A stretch of DNA of 32,788 bases, taken from the NCBI GenBank assembly GCA_029942545.1, contig GCA_029942545.1_4114.3. One strand, 5' to 3'. Source of the DNA: a phage. Under the pieces are notes generated by a model. That model was given only the letters and a program-made list of their open reading frames with translations, had not been told where the DNA came from and did no database searches. The position numbers and the translations under genes are program-made. This document shows positions 17,568-25,245 of this stretch, one piece after another (positions within the stretch are counted from its first letter, which is position 1; the number at the start of each line of letters is the position of its first letter).

Positions 17568-18677
17568 TTATTTTGGTAAATCAATTTTAGTAAAGACTGC
17601 AACATCCTCGATTGCACCTGGAATGGCGTAATACGATCCAGTACTATACACATCTCCATTTTTGGTTAATATCGATGTCAAACCATCACTAAAAAGAACA
17701 TCCCTAATCTCACTAACTTCAACGGGTAATTGTAAATTGGTAGCACTATATATAGCACCAGTTTGAGAATTGTTTAATCCCAAACCACGGTTCGCCCCAA
17801 CACCCTTCTGATATGTACTAGTAATTACCATTTGTGTAGCAGTATTTAAGGCAGGTGAATTCGTCATAAACAACGGAGAACTATTAGGCAAAGTACTTAC
17901 AGGAACGGCACGGAATGTAGTCGTGCCTGAACTAAGAAAGTTTGGAGTTTGACCACATACGAAATATGATGTACCATTATAGTAATTTAATGCATTACCA
18001 CCAATGGCTGCATCGATTACACCAGAACTACGCAATCCCCAAGTGTTAATTTGTGTTTGGTTCCCCGTACCATGCTGCCCACTACTATTCCATCCAGAAC
18101 TATATAGCTTATTATCTAATGTAAGATACATACTATCATTCGCATTGGTCATTACTTTACGAACGTTCGTAGCACATTGAGTTAATGTGTAAATTGATGA
18201 GGAACCAATACCCAAAGAACCACGATATCCATTATCTCCTGCACCATAGAGTACTGAATTAGTGCTAAGTACAAATATTAAACCATTTGTACATACAATA
18301 TTAGCAATTTCACTTACTGGTATAGCATTGGTAAACCAATTAGTTCTTTCAACTAATACAGTACTGTAAGAAGTAGTTGTAGAAGATGAGAACCAGTACG
18401 TTTGACCTGATGTCCATATCGTATTATCATTTTTAATAATAACAAGTGTACGATCACCCACGAAAAAATTAGAAACATCTGCACTTACTAATGTCCACGA
18501 AGACACCGTGTTGGTATTACCATTTCCAGATTCACCACCTTGATTTCTACCTATGTAATATAAATCATGTGAATCAGTCAATAAGAATTGGCCTTGGGTA
18601 GAAGCACCAACTTTAATTATTTTTTTAGGACCAGGGACAATATTTCCATACCTAATCATTCTTCCAAAAGGTAACAT
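17568..18677 (-). CDS. RCC1-like repeat protein with MLPFGRMIRYGNIVP leader
   Basis: ORF track 17568..18698, start moved to MLPF ATG; GGAGGG SD overlaps stop of upstream gene (coupled); motif GWNSSGQHGTGNQT. Confidence 0.8.
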   Translation of the reverse strand: MLPFGRMIRYGNIVPGPKKIIKVGASTQGQFLLTDSHDLYYIGRNQGGESGNGNTNTVSSWTLVSADVSNFFVGDRTLVIIKNDNTIWTSGQTYWFSSSTTTSYSTVLVERTNWFTNAIPVSEIANIVCTNGLIFVLSTNSVLYGAGDNGYRGSLGIGSSSIYTLTQCATNVRKVMTNANDSMYLTLDNKLYSSGWNSSGQHGTGNQTQINTWGLRSSGVIDAAIGGNALNYYNGTSYFVCGQTPNFLSSGTTTFRAVPVSTLPNSSPLFMTNSPALNTATQMVITSTYQKGVGANRGLGLNNSQTGAIYSATNLQLPVEVSEIRDVLFSDGLTSILTKNGDVYSTGSYYAIPGAIEDVAVFTKIDLPK

Positions 18678-18685
18678 ATTCCCTC

Positions 18686-19888
18686 CTATTGTTGCCATAA
18701 CTGCGTTGGCATTAATGTTAGTGTAGTAATACTATAAGTACCATTAGGTAATCTACCACCATTTCCATTCCAGCCACCACATGCATATAATTTATAATCT
18801 TTAGTAATTATTATGGTTCTGCTCCAATCTTTAGATGCCATAAGAACATTGTCATAACCACCACTTATTGCACTAAGATTAAAAATATTCCAAGTTCTAA
18901 CTAATGTATTAGTTCCATTACCTTCTTGACCATATGAGTTAGCACCACTACTTCTAACATATGGTGCGTATTGTGCCATAGGTGCACCAATTGATGCATT
19001 TCCCATATTACTTGGACAAATAAAAGTACTGTACTTACTTACATCAACCGTGACCGATGTGTTCCTAATTGGTGTTAGCTGATTTACCGATGTAGTCGTA
19101 CCATTACCAGCTTGTCCAGTACTGTTAACCCCGCTATAATATACAGACCCACCAGTAGTAAACCACCAAGTAACATCGTATGTAGTACTAATATGTTCTA
19201 CATTACTAATCACGAATTTGTTCAAATATACAACAGAACTACCACCACATCCACTTTCACCAAAGTTATCCTTACCACAAAACCATGCATCTTTATTTGA
19301 TTTGATATAGTGCGTTCCTTGTAATGAACATGCCATATGTGTAACTTCACCCATATTAGTCATAACTGTGAGTGTAGGGATGGAATTTTTATTACCAGAG
19401 CCACATTCACCATTAGTATTTCTTCCACACGCAATTACTCTACCATCGGTTAATAATATTCTAGTACTTTCACCTATATATACACTCTTGATCATATTAG
19501 CCATAACACCTATTTTATTAAATGCAACAGTAACATCAGTCCATGTTGTCAAATAACCATTAACAGGTGTTGCATCTCCATAATCAGAAAATGCAGCCAC
19601 AGACCCAGTGTAGTATATTTTATTATCCAAATCAATCATCAATGAACCTTGAACACCAAGCCAAAAGGCTGCACAGTTCCTTGCAAGTACTGTAAATGAC
19701 GAAACTGCTGCTGAATTCCCAAGACCAAATTGGTAAAAGTTATTACTACCATAACCATATAAAGTATTAGTTGGGTTATGGAGATACATACAGTTTGTAT
19801 AATGTTGTTGTAAAACATCTGAGAACTCTACAGGTTCTGGACCTGGTGCAATATTTGCGTACTTAACCATTCTTCCAAAAGGTAACAT
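18686..19888 (-). CDS. RCC1-like repeat protein with MLPFGRMVKYANIAP leader (first gene of array)
   Basis: ORF track 18686..19906, start moved to MLPF ATG; motifs CGRNTNGECGSGN, SGVNSTGQAGNGTT. Confidence 0.8.
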   Translation of the reverse strand: MLPFGRMVKYANIAPGPEPVEFSDVLQQHYTNCMYLHNPTNTLYGYGSNNFYQFGLGNSAAVSSFTVLARNCAAFWLGVQGSLMIDLDNKIYYTGSVAAFSDYGDATPVNGYLTTWTDVTVAFNKIGVMANMIKSVYIGESTRILLTDGRVIACGRNTNGECGSGNKNSIPTLTVMTNMGEVTHMACSLQGTHYIKSNKDAWFCGKDNFGESGCGGSSVVYLNKFVISNVEHISTTYDVTWWFTTGGSVYYSGVNSTGQAGNGTTTSVNQLTPIRNTSVTVDVSKYSTFICPSNMGNASIGAPMAQYAPYVRSSGANSYGQEGNGTNTLVRTWNIFNLSAISGGYDNVLMASKDWSRTIIITKDYKLYACGGWNGNGGRLPNGTYSITTLTLMPTQLWQQ

Positions 19889-19936
19889 ATTTCCCTCCTT
19901 ATTCATTATATCATATTTACCCCATAAAGAAAACCC
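19889..19936 (-). promoter_or_regulatory. promoter/RBS of first array gene (variant, no hairpin)
   Basis: Minus strand GATATAATGAATAAGGAGGGAAAT then ATG; shares a divergent intergenic region with the plus-strand promoter at 19937. Confidence 0.5.
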
Positions 19937-19965
19937 TTGACATCCTTTCAGTACTGGTGTACTAT
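19937..19965 (+). promoter_or_regulatory. sigma70-like promoter for the small-ORF array
   Basis: TTGACA (19937-19942), 17 nt, TACTAT (19960-19965); AAGGAG SD then ATG 19991; same TTGACA-17-TACTAT class as promoter at 1267. Confidence 0.6.
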
Positions 19966-19990
19966 AGAAGGAATATAAGGAGAACTACAC

Positions 19991-20218
19991 ATGACAAATA
20001 CTCTTAAGTACTACCTCAATACTCTAAATGAACTAGAGTACGGGGAATTTCTCTCGGATAGTTCGTGGCTAATTGAGCTAAAAAATTATAATAGTCCAGG
20101 ATGCACCCTTATGATGAACAATGCAATTGATACCCTCATTGTGAGTATTTTACACAGCAACATCTGCGGGGATAGCAATAAACAATTATCAAAAATCTTA
20201 GTACTGCTATCTATATGA
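19991..20218 (+). CDS. small protein, ~60-aa paralog family member
   Basis: ORF track; AAGGAG SD; family features (N-terminal YY, central C-rich motif, hydrophobic C-terminus). Confidence 0.7.
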   Translation: MTNTLKYYLNTLNELEYGEFLSDSSWLIELKNYNSPGCTLMMNNAIDTLIVSILHSNICGDSNKQLSKILVLLSI

Positions 20219-20418
20219 ACATTGAACAGTACTACATCGATGCACTACCAACAAAAGGTCTACGAGAAAGCCTACTGTATACACAAAATACTTTTATACA
20301 CTACAAACGTTGTCCTAAACTCCTGAACTCGTACAGGAGTAATATCATAAGAAATGCTTTACAAGGGGCAGAAAGTATGCAATACTATTATATCCTTGCC
20401 CTTTTAATCGAGTACTAA
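20215..20418 (+). CDS. small protein, paralog family member
   Basis: ORF track; 4-nt overlap with upstream gene; motifs MNIEQYYID, ends LALLIEY. Confidence 0.7.
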   Translation: MNIEQYYIDALPTKGLRESLLYTQNTFIHYKRCPKLLNSYRSNIIRNALQGAESMQYYYILALLIEY

Positions 20419-20419
20419 T

Positions 20420-20629
20420 ATGAATACTGAACATAAAGAATTCTACACCAAATACCTTAGCAACGAAGAACAATTGTTTCTAAGGAGTGTATCACCTGTA
20501 AGTACCAATACTCACTTCGGTAGAGATTGCTTTAATAATTGTATACGTAGTACTCTAGAAGCAATCGAATGCAATAACAAAAATATTATGTACTCAGGTT
20601 TAATAGGACTAATCTACTTCTATGAATAA
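20420..20629 (+). CDS. small protein, paralog family member
   Basis: ORF track; starts MNTEHKEFYTKYL; central FNNCIRS. Confidence 0.7.
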   Translation: MNTEHKEFYTKYLSNEEQLFLRSVSPVSTNTHFGRDCFNNCIRSTLEAIECNNKNIMYSGLIGLIYFYE

Positions 20630-20816
20630 TCATAAAGATTTCTATGGTAGTAAACTACACAAGCAAGACCAGCTATCATTCTCTTTAGCACCACCTATGA
20701 GAAAGGATAATCTATATTACAATTACGATTTCAGGATGGCGACACGTTATGCAATAGAACATCAGTTCCCTGAAACTAAGTACCGCTCTATCCTGAACCT
20801 CATCTTTAAGTTCTAA
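20622..20816 (+). CDS. small protein, paralog family member
   Basis: ORF track; starts MNNHKDFY; 8-nt overlap with upstream gene. Confidence 0.65.
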   Translation: MNNHKDFYGSKLHKQDQLSFSLAPPMRKDNLYYNYDFRMATRYAIEHQFPETKYRSILNLIFKF

Positions 20817-20826
20817 AAGGTGCTAT

Positions 20827-21036
20827 ATGAAAACTACAAACATTCATCAGTACTACATAGATATTCTCCCTAAAGATGTACAGTTCATACTTAAACAAGA
20901 ATTCAGTACTTTAAAAAAACTAAAAAGAACCGCACCTTCAGCAATCATCCAGCACCAAAAAAATGTCGTGCGTAATATACTACAAGGTACACCAGGGACC
21001 GAGTACTTTAATATAGTAAGGCTAATTACATTATAA
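20827..21036 (+). CDS. small protein, paralog family member
   Basis: ORF track; starts MKTTNIHQYYIDILP; resembles 20215..20418. Confidence 0.7.
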   Translation: MKTTNIHQYYIDILPKDVQFILKQEFSTLKKLKRTAPSAIIQHQKNVVRNILQGTPGTEYFNIVRLITL

Positions 21037-21221
21037 TGAATCATATAAGCTACTACTACCAACAACTATCCGACAGAGACAAGTACAGTCACAACTCCCA
21101 TGTGTGGTACTACAAACGCGGCAGTATAAGAGACAAACAACATTACTTCTGTATTTCTATTAAAGAAGCACTGACAACTAAGTACACGTACCGAGCAGTA
21201 ATTAAACTTATTGAAATGTAA
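21036..21221 (+). CDS. small protein, paralog family member
   Basis: ORF track; ends KYTYRAVIKLIEM, matching the next gene's KYTYREVMKLIAI. Confidence 0.7.
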   Translation: MNHISYYYQQLSDRDKYSHNSHVWYYKRGSIRDKQHYFCISIKEALTTKYTYRAVIKLIEM

Positions 21222-21229
21222 GGAAGAAA

Positions 21230-21412
21230 ATGAACATAGAATTCTATTTAACTAAACTACAACACGCCGAAAGATTCAACTTCAATAAGTTCAATATTTT
21301 CTACAATTGCGGGAACAAAAAAGATAAACACACCTTCCTATATGTCGTCACAAGAGATGCACAAAACGAAAAGTACACATACAGAGAAGTAATGAAACTA
21401 ATCGCTATTTAA
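21230..21412 (+). CDS. small protein, paralog family member
   Basis: ORF track; close paralog of 21036..21221. Confidence 0.7.
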   Translation: MNIEFYLTKLQHAERFNFNKFNIFYNCGNKKDKHTFLYVVTRDAQNEKYTYREVMKLIAI

Positions 21413-21420
21413 GGAATACT

Positions 21421-21600
21421 ATGCAACAATTCTATAGAGAACGTATAACCATAAAAGACCGTTTCATGTACGACACCTTCGTGAAGTACTACAAACTAGG
21501 AACAAAAAGTACTAAAAATATTAATCTCAATAGCTGCATTTATGCTGTACTAACACAAGATAATCCCTACAGGGAAATCCTCGCCCTGGCATCTATATAA
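21421..21600 (+). CDS. small protein (59 aa), probable paralog family member
   Basis: Not in ORF track (below 60 aa); hand-called ATG about 21421 after AAGGA SD, stop TAA about 21598-21600; fills the only gap in the array; starts MQQFYRERI. Confidence 0.5.
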   Translation: MQQFYRERITIKDRFMYDTFVKYYKLGTKSTKNINLNSCIYAVLTQDNPYREILALASI

Positions 21601-21610
21601 AGGAAACCAA

Positions 21611-22282
21611 ATGAAACTTAATGCACACAGCAAACAATACCTTAAGCACTTTAAGTACCTCAATAGTATTCAGGCAGAATCAGTTACATCTGCATATACG
21701 TATCACCCGAATGTACTAAAGAAACGAAATAAAAAGGAAAAATCCAGTACAAATGGAGTTAACGTATCAAAGAACCTTGAATTGTACATGAAGAAAAATA
21801 ATATAGCTGTTCATTATATGAATATCTATAATACTGATTTAAAAGTATTGAGTACTAATACGAGCACAAAGGTACTAAAGAACGCATCCTTCATCATCAA
21901 TATGCAGTTGGATAATACCCCGTGCACTTTAATGCTATACTTCGGGAATACATACTTCTTCGGGAATTGTAACACCTCCCACGATGTCAATACAGCACAA
22001 TTCCAAATGGGTGGCATATACTCTACTGATGCAGAAAAAGTACACGAGAATATGCACTTCTGGCAAGCACAACGTACAGAAGAAACTGATACAGTACTAC
22101 AATTCCTCAAAGAACTAGAACACAAAGAACTACAGGAAGAAGAACTATTCATGTACAGTACTGTAATCGATAATCCAGTACTCTATAAAAACGCGTACAA
22201 TCTGACAAAACATGTACAGGAACTTATCAGTACTAATAAGAAAATGCATCACCTCATTACGTATATTACAAACTATGTATAA
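21611..22282 (+). CDS. hypothetical protein (223 aa) embedded in the small-ORF array
   Basis: ORF track; AAGGAAACC SD-like; no family motifs. Confidence 0.7.
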   Translation: MKLNAHSKQYLKHFKYLNSIQAESVTSAYTYHPNVLKKRNKKEKSSTNGVNVSKNLELYMKKNNIAVHYMNIYNTDLKVLSTNTSTKVLKNASFIINMQLDNTPCTLMLYFGNTYFFGNCNTSHDVNTAQFQMGGIYSTDAEKVHENMHFWQAQRTEETDTVLQFLKELEHKELQEEELFMYSTVIDNPVLYKNAYNLTKHVQELISTNKKMHHLITYITNYV

Positions 22283-22457
22283 AGAATACTACAGGGAACA
22301 TCTCCCAATGCATCTCCAGCACCATATACCAACAGAACCAATAGGAATAAAAGATCACGCAAAGATAATGTTTCAACAATGTACTAAGTACACGCTCATA
22401 TACGATGATAATCCATATATGCTGTACTACGTAGTAATGTTAACATTCAGGTACTAA
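22275..22457 (+). CDS. small protein, paralog family member
   Basis: ORF track 22212..22457; start moved to internal ATG (MYKEYYREHLP) that matches family N-termini and overlaps the upstream stop. Confidence 0.7.
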   Translation: MYKEYYREHLPMHLQHHIPTEPIGIKDHAKIMFQQCTKYTLIYDDNPYMLYYVVMLTFRY

Positions 22458-22458
22458 C

Positions 22459-22644
22459 ATGTATAAAGAATACTACATAGAGAAACTCCCAATGTATCTC
22501 CAACACCTTGTACCAACAGAACCATTGGGTATAGAAAAAAACTACGAAAAAGACTACTTCATTCAGTGCACTAAATCCTCGATATATATTGAAGACTATA
22601 ATCGAGTACTGTATCACATCCTTTTACTAATATATAGGTACTAA
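22459..22644 (+). CDS. small protein, paralog family member
   Basis: ORF track; MYKEYYIEKLP ... LLLIYRY; 1-nt intergenic gap. Confidence 0.75.
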   Translation: MYKEYYIEKLPMYLQHLVPTEPLGIEKNYEKDYFIQCTKSSIYIEDYNRVLYHILLLIYRY

Positions 22645-22645
22645 T

Positions 22646-22828
22646 ATGCACAAAGAATACTACACACAATTTCTCCCCAGCATTTTTGAACACTACGCCA
22701 GATACAAAGTCCCCCTGGATAACGATTTGGCAGTACTGGGATTCAATAACTGCATAGAACGAAGTATAGAAAATAGTAGTAGTTATGACCAGCTATATAA
22801 CACTATCCTACTTATATTCAGGTACTAA
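22646..22828 (+). CDS. small protein, paralog family member
   Basis: ORF track; MHKEYYTQFLP ... ILLIFRY. Confidence 0.75.
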   Translation: MHKEYYTQFLPSIFEHYARYKVPLDNDLAVLGFNNCIERSIENSSSYDQLYNTILLIFRY

Positions 22829-22829
22829 C

Positions 22830-23018
22830 ATGCATAAAGAATACTACACAAAATATTTCCCAATGTACCTCAGAACTAATCTATTAGATAAACCTCGCGG
22901 TATCAATGCACAAAATGATAAAGTGTATTTTACTATGTGCACTAAAGCATGTATACTAGATTTTGACAGCTATCATCGAGTACTGTATCATACCCTGTAC
23001 CTAGCTTTCGTATTCTAA
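22830..23018 (+). CDS. small protein, paralog family member
   Basis: ORF track 22785..23018; start moved to ATG 22830 (MHKEYYTKYFP) matching family. Confidence 0.7.
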   Translation: MHKEYYTKYFPMYLRTNLLDKPRGINAQNDKVYFTMCTKACILDFDSYHRVLYHTLYLAFVF

Positions 23019-23027
23019 GAGAACAAT

Positions 23028-23213
23028 ATGCATAAAGAATTCTACTTAAGCCATCTGGATCTAAACTCCCAAATGCTTATACCACTAATCCCAATAGATA
23101 TCAAGGATAAGAAAAATACCGAACAATTCATTTACCATACACAGTGTGCGATCACCCCAAATTACATTCCATATGAATTGTACTACATTCTCGCCCTAAT
23201 ATATAGGTACTAA
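23028..23213 (+). CDS. small protein, paralog family member
   Basis: ORF track; MHKEFYLSHL ... LALIYRY. Confidence 0.75.
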   Translation: MHKEFYLSHLDLNSQMLIPLIPIDIKDKKNTEQFIYHTQCAITPNYIPYELYYILALIYRY

Positions 23214-23214
23214 T

Positions 23215-23400
23215 ATGCATAGAGAATACTACACACAATTTGTTAAAGGGAACTACAAACATGCCGTACCCAGAACCCCTTTAAATTCTCATGACCCAAG
23301 TACTATATTCTTGTTTAATGACGCAATACGTACAGTACTCAATACTAAAGATGAAGATGTGCAGTACGTATTCTTACTATTACTTATATACAGACACTAA
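23215..23400 (+). CDS. small protein, paralog family member
   Basis: ORF track; MHREYYTQFV ... LLLIYRH. Confidence 0.75.
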   Translation: MHREYYTQFVKGNYKHAVPRTPLNSHDPSTIFLFNDAIRTVLNTKDEDVQYVFLLLLIYRH

Positions 23401-23405
23401 CTAAT

Positions 23406-23588
23406 ATGAATAAAGAACATAAAGAATTCTATATAAGAAAACTAACATTCGTCCCCGTAAGAATATATAAAGAATGCGACCCAAGATTATACCTATGGCA
23501 CTTCAATGAGTGCATAAAAGATTCTATATACCCTAAGAACTATAAAGAACAATTGTGCTCAGTACTAACACTAGTACTATCATATTAA
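23406..23588 (+). CDS. small protein, paralog family member
   Basis: ORF track; MNKEHKEFYIRKL; central FNECIKDSIY. Confidence 0.7.
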   Translation: MNKEHKEFYIRKLTFVPVRIYKECDPRLYLWHFNECIKDSIYPKNYKEQLCSVLTLVLSY

Positions 23589-23603
23589 TTAATAGAGAAT
23601 ACT

Positions 23604-23795
23604 ATGTATAAAAACTTCTATATAAGTAAACTAAAAGAAAATGAACAAGTATGGATTAGATCTATAATTCCACTGGCATTTAATAGATATGCATTTAACA
23701 GATGTACCGAGATTGCTATAGACCCTTATAATATTAAAGAGAATGTACAGTATAATCAGTACTACTATATCTTAATGCTTATATATAGGAAGTAA
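23604..23795 (+). CDS. small protein, paralog family member (last of array)
   Basis: ORF track; MYKNFYISKL ... ILMLIYRK. Confidence 0.7.
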   Translation: MYKNFYISKLKENEQVWIRSIIPLAFNRYAFNRCTEIAIDPYNIKENVQYNQYYYILMLIYRK

Positions 23796-23909
23796 TTAAA
23801 CACAAGTAGACAGGGGAAGCTCCTAGTGAACAACCTTTATGTACAGGCGAATTGTTAAAATTCAGCCTGGACAAATGCGATCACTAGGATTCTCCCCAGG
23901 CTAAACCCC

Positions 23910-24000
23910 GTAATCATAGGTAGTCATAAGTAATCATATATAAACATTTAAGTAATCATTTATAATCACTGTAGTGATCAGTAGTGATCAGTAGTGAGTA
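23910..24000. repeat. direct repeats: GTAATCA-type heptamers and three tandem 10-bp units
   Basis: GTAATCAT occurs at least 3 times with a related TAATCAC, followed by AGTAGTGATC x3 in tandem (about 23970-24000). Confidence 0.6.
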
Positions 24001-24129
24001 CTAGAGTACAGGAATGTTCACGTTTAATCAAGAACGTAGCAGTACTGATATGTCACTAAGTAGGCAGAGGAAGTCTGCCGTACTTTTTAGTTTCCAAGCT
24101 CCTTTTCCATTTTTCAAATTACATCAAAT

Positions 24130-24164
24130 GTAATCAAAAGTAATCACGCAATGATTAGTACTGA
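24130..24164. repeat. GTAATCA repeats including an inverted pair
   Basis: GTAATCAAAAGTAATCACGCAATGATTAG: two direct copies plus inverted TAATCA/TGATTA around CGCAA. Confidence 0.55.
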
Positions 24165-24423
24165 ATTATTACTTTCACCTTAATTACAATTACCCTTTTA
24201 CCCGTCGGGGTAAAATTCCATTACCCCTTGAGGCTCCAGCAAAAAGTTGGTTAGTACTCCATCCTAAATCTCGATCCTAAAAATTTTGGAGTACCTATGA
24301 AATAAAAGTTGGATCTTCGAAAGTTGAAATTTACGTTGGGACGTTTATGATTTGTGGGATATAATGATGTTTGTAGACGGGTAGTTCTCAAGAATATCAG
24401 TACTGAATAATGAAAGAAAGTTA

Positions 24424-24451
24424 TTGACATTATGATTCAGTACTGTATAAT
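24424..24451 (+). promoter_or_regulatory. strong sigma70-like promoter in ORF-free region
   Basis: TTGACA (24424-24429), 16 nt containing CAGTACTG, TATAAT (24446-24451); no ORF of meaningful length downstream. Confidence 0.55.
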
Positions 24452-24457
24452 GTTCTA

Positions 24458-24656
24458 CATAGAGAGATGAGTTGCTGCCAACAATTCATTTACTCTACCT
24501 CCTGTCGTGAGACAGTACAGAAAAGATAGTTCCTCCTGTGGTGGTACATCTTTTTGAACCTCATATGAAAATCGTAATAACAGTACTGATATTAACAGAA
24601 TGGTGTCAGTACTGATTTTAATCTAAAGCATTATGCCACCAGCTTGTGCTGGTGGA
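24458..24656 (+). ncRNA. candidate small non-coding RNA (about 200 nt)
   Basis: Downstream of promoter 24424-24451; longest ORF about 20 aa; two CCTCCTGT(C/G)GTG copies (anti-SD-like CCUCCU); ends at 8-bp hairpin CCACCAGC-ttgt-GCTGGTGG (24636-24655) without a clear U-tract. Confidence 0.25.
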
Positions 24657-24796
24657 TTCCCTCTAACAGTATTCAGTACTACATGATAGTCTTCATCCTC
24701 CTAGGGTAACATAGTGAGGGCTATGATGGCAGTACTGAATACTCCTTTCACAAGATAGATCTATGGTATAGTACTGACGGATTTTGGGCGTAGTTA

Positions 24797-24968
24797 CCCT
24801 GGATGGATTTTGGACGTAGATATGTCTAGCCCTCCAGAAGTCTGGAAGTAAAGATGGCTATCCATCTAGACGGCTAGACGGCTAGATTTCTGGATGGCTG
24901 GATGGCTAGACGTTTGGACGGCTAAACGGCTAGATGGTTACACGTCTGGAAGTATAGACGGCTAAATC
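24797..24968. repeat. iteron-like array of short direct repeats
   Basis: Repeated 7-11 bp words: ACGGCTA(G/A)A x5, TGGATGG x3, TTGGACG x2, GTCTGGAAGTA x2, mostly in one orientation at roughly 9-11 bp spacing. Confidence 0.6.
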
Positions 24969-25130
24969 AAAATTTTATTTTGTTTTTTCCAATAGTTCCC
25001 CTACCGCGTGGGGATAGTTTCCCCGCAGTATCTGGAGTTAGATTTTTCTGAATCTGGAATCATTATCTTATAAACTGGGGGCAATGTCAACGGCCTGGAC
25101 GGATATTTTTAAAAATTTTTTCAGTACTGA

Positions 25131-25182
25131 ATTTTGGGCGTAACTATGCACCCGGTGGGCTTGAGTCTTTCTCGACTTGATG
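25131..25182 (+). repeat. ~50-nt repeated element, copy A
   Basis: ATTTTGGGCGTAACTATGCACCCGGTGGGCTTGAGTCTTTCTCGACTTGATG; shares ATTTTGGGCGTAA, GCACCC and CTTTCTCG..T.ATG blocks with copies at 25347 and 28955. Confidence 0.5.
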
Positions 25183-25245
25183 AAAATATTATAGCAGTAC
25201 TGAAAAAATAAAGCAATACCCTAAACGCAAAAAGTTTTAATTAAT

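Noticed and set aside
7798-17590. Plus-strand ORFs spanning the cassettes with the recurring peptide FPYLTILAKGNI (7798..8112, 9079..9375, 13732..13938, 17405..17590)
   Set aside because: They are the reverse-strand translation of the conserved MLPFARMVKYGN leader and cassette DNA, so their repetition is a by-product of cassette repetition
15004-17659. Minus-strand ORFs 15004..15192, 16236..16463, 17471..17659 and the MNKEG / MPVLDTG N-terminal extensions of array genes
   Set aside because: They start at an in-frame ATG inside the TATAATGAATAAGGAGG promoter/RBS itself; the MLPF ATG with its SD is the credible start
6344-19556. Plus-strand ORFs of 60-108 aa lying inside the minus-strand array genes (6344..6646, 7321..7566, 7718..7945, 11436..11618, 12074..12295, 12383..12598, 15729..16055, 17186..17401, 19112..19300, 19368..19556 and others)
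   Set aside because: Antisense to long ORFs with strong RCC1 motif support; no SD or promoter; their composition mirrors the sense strand
23900-25000. CRISPR array in the repeat-rich ORF-free region
   Set aside because: Repeats are 7-11 bp, heterogeneous and contiguous, with no regular 28-37 bp repeat/spacer periodicity
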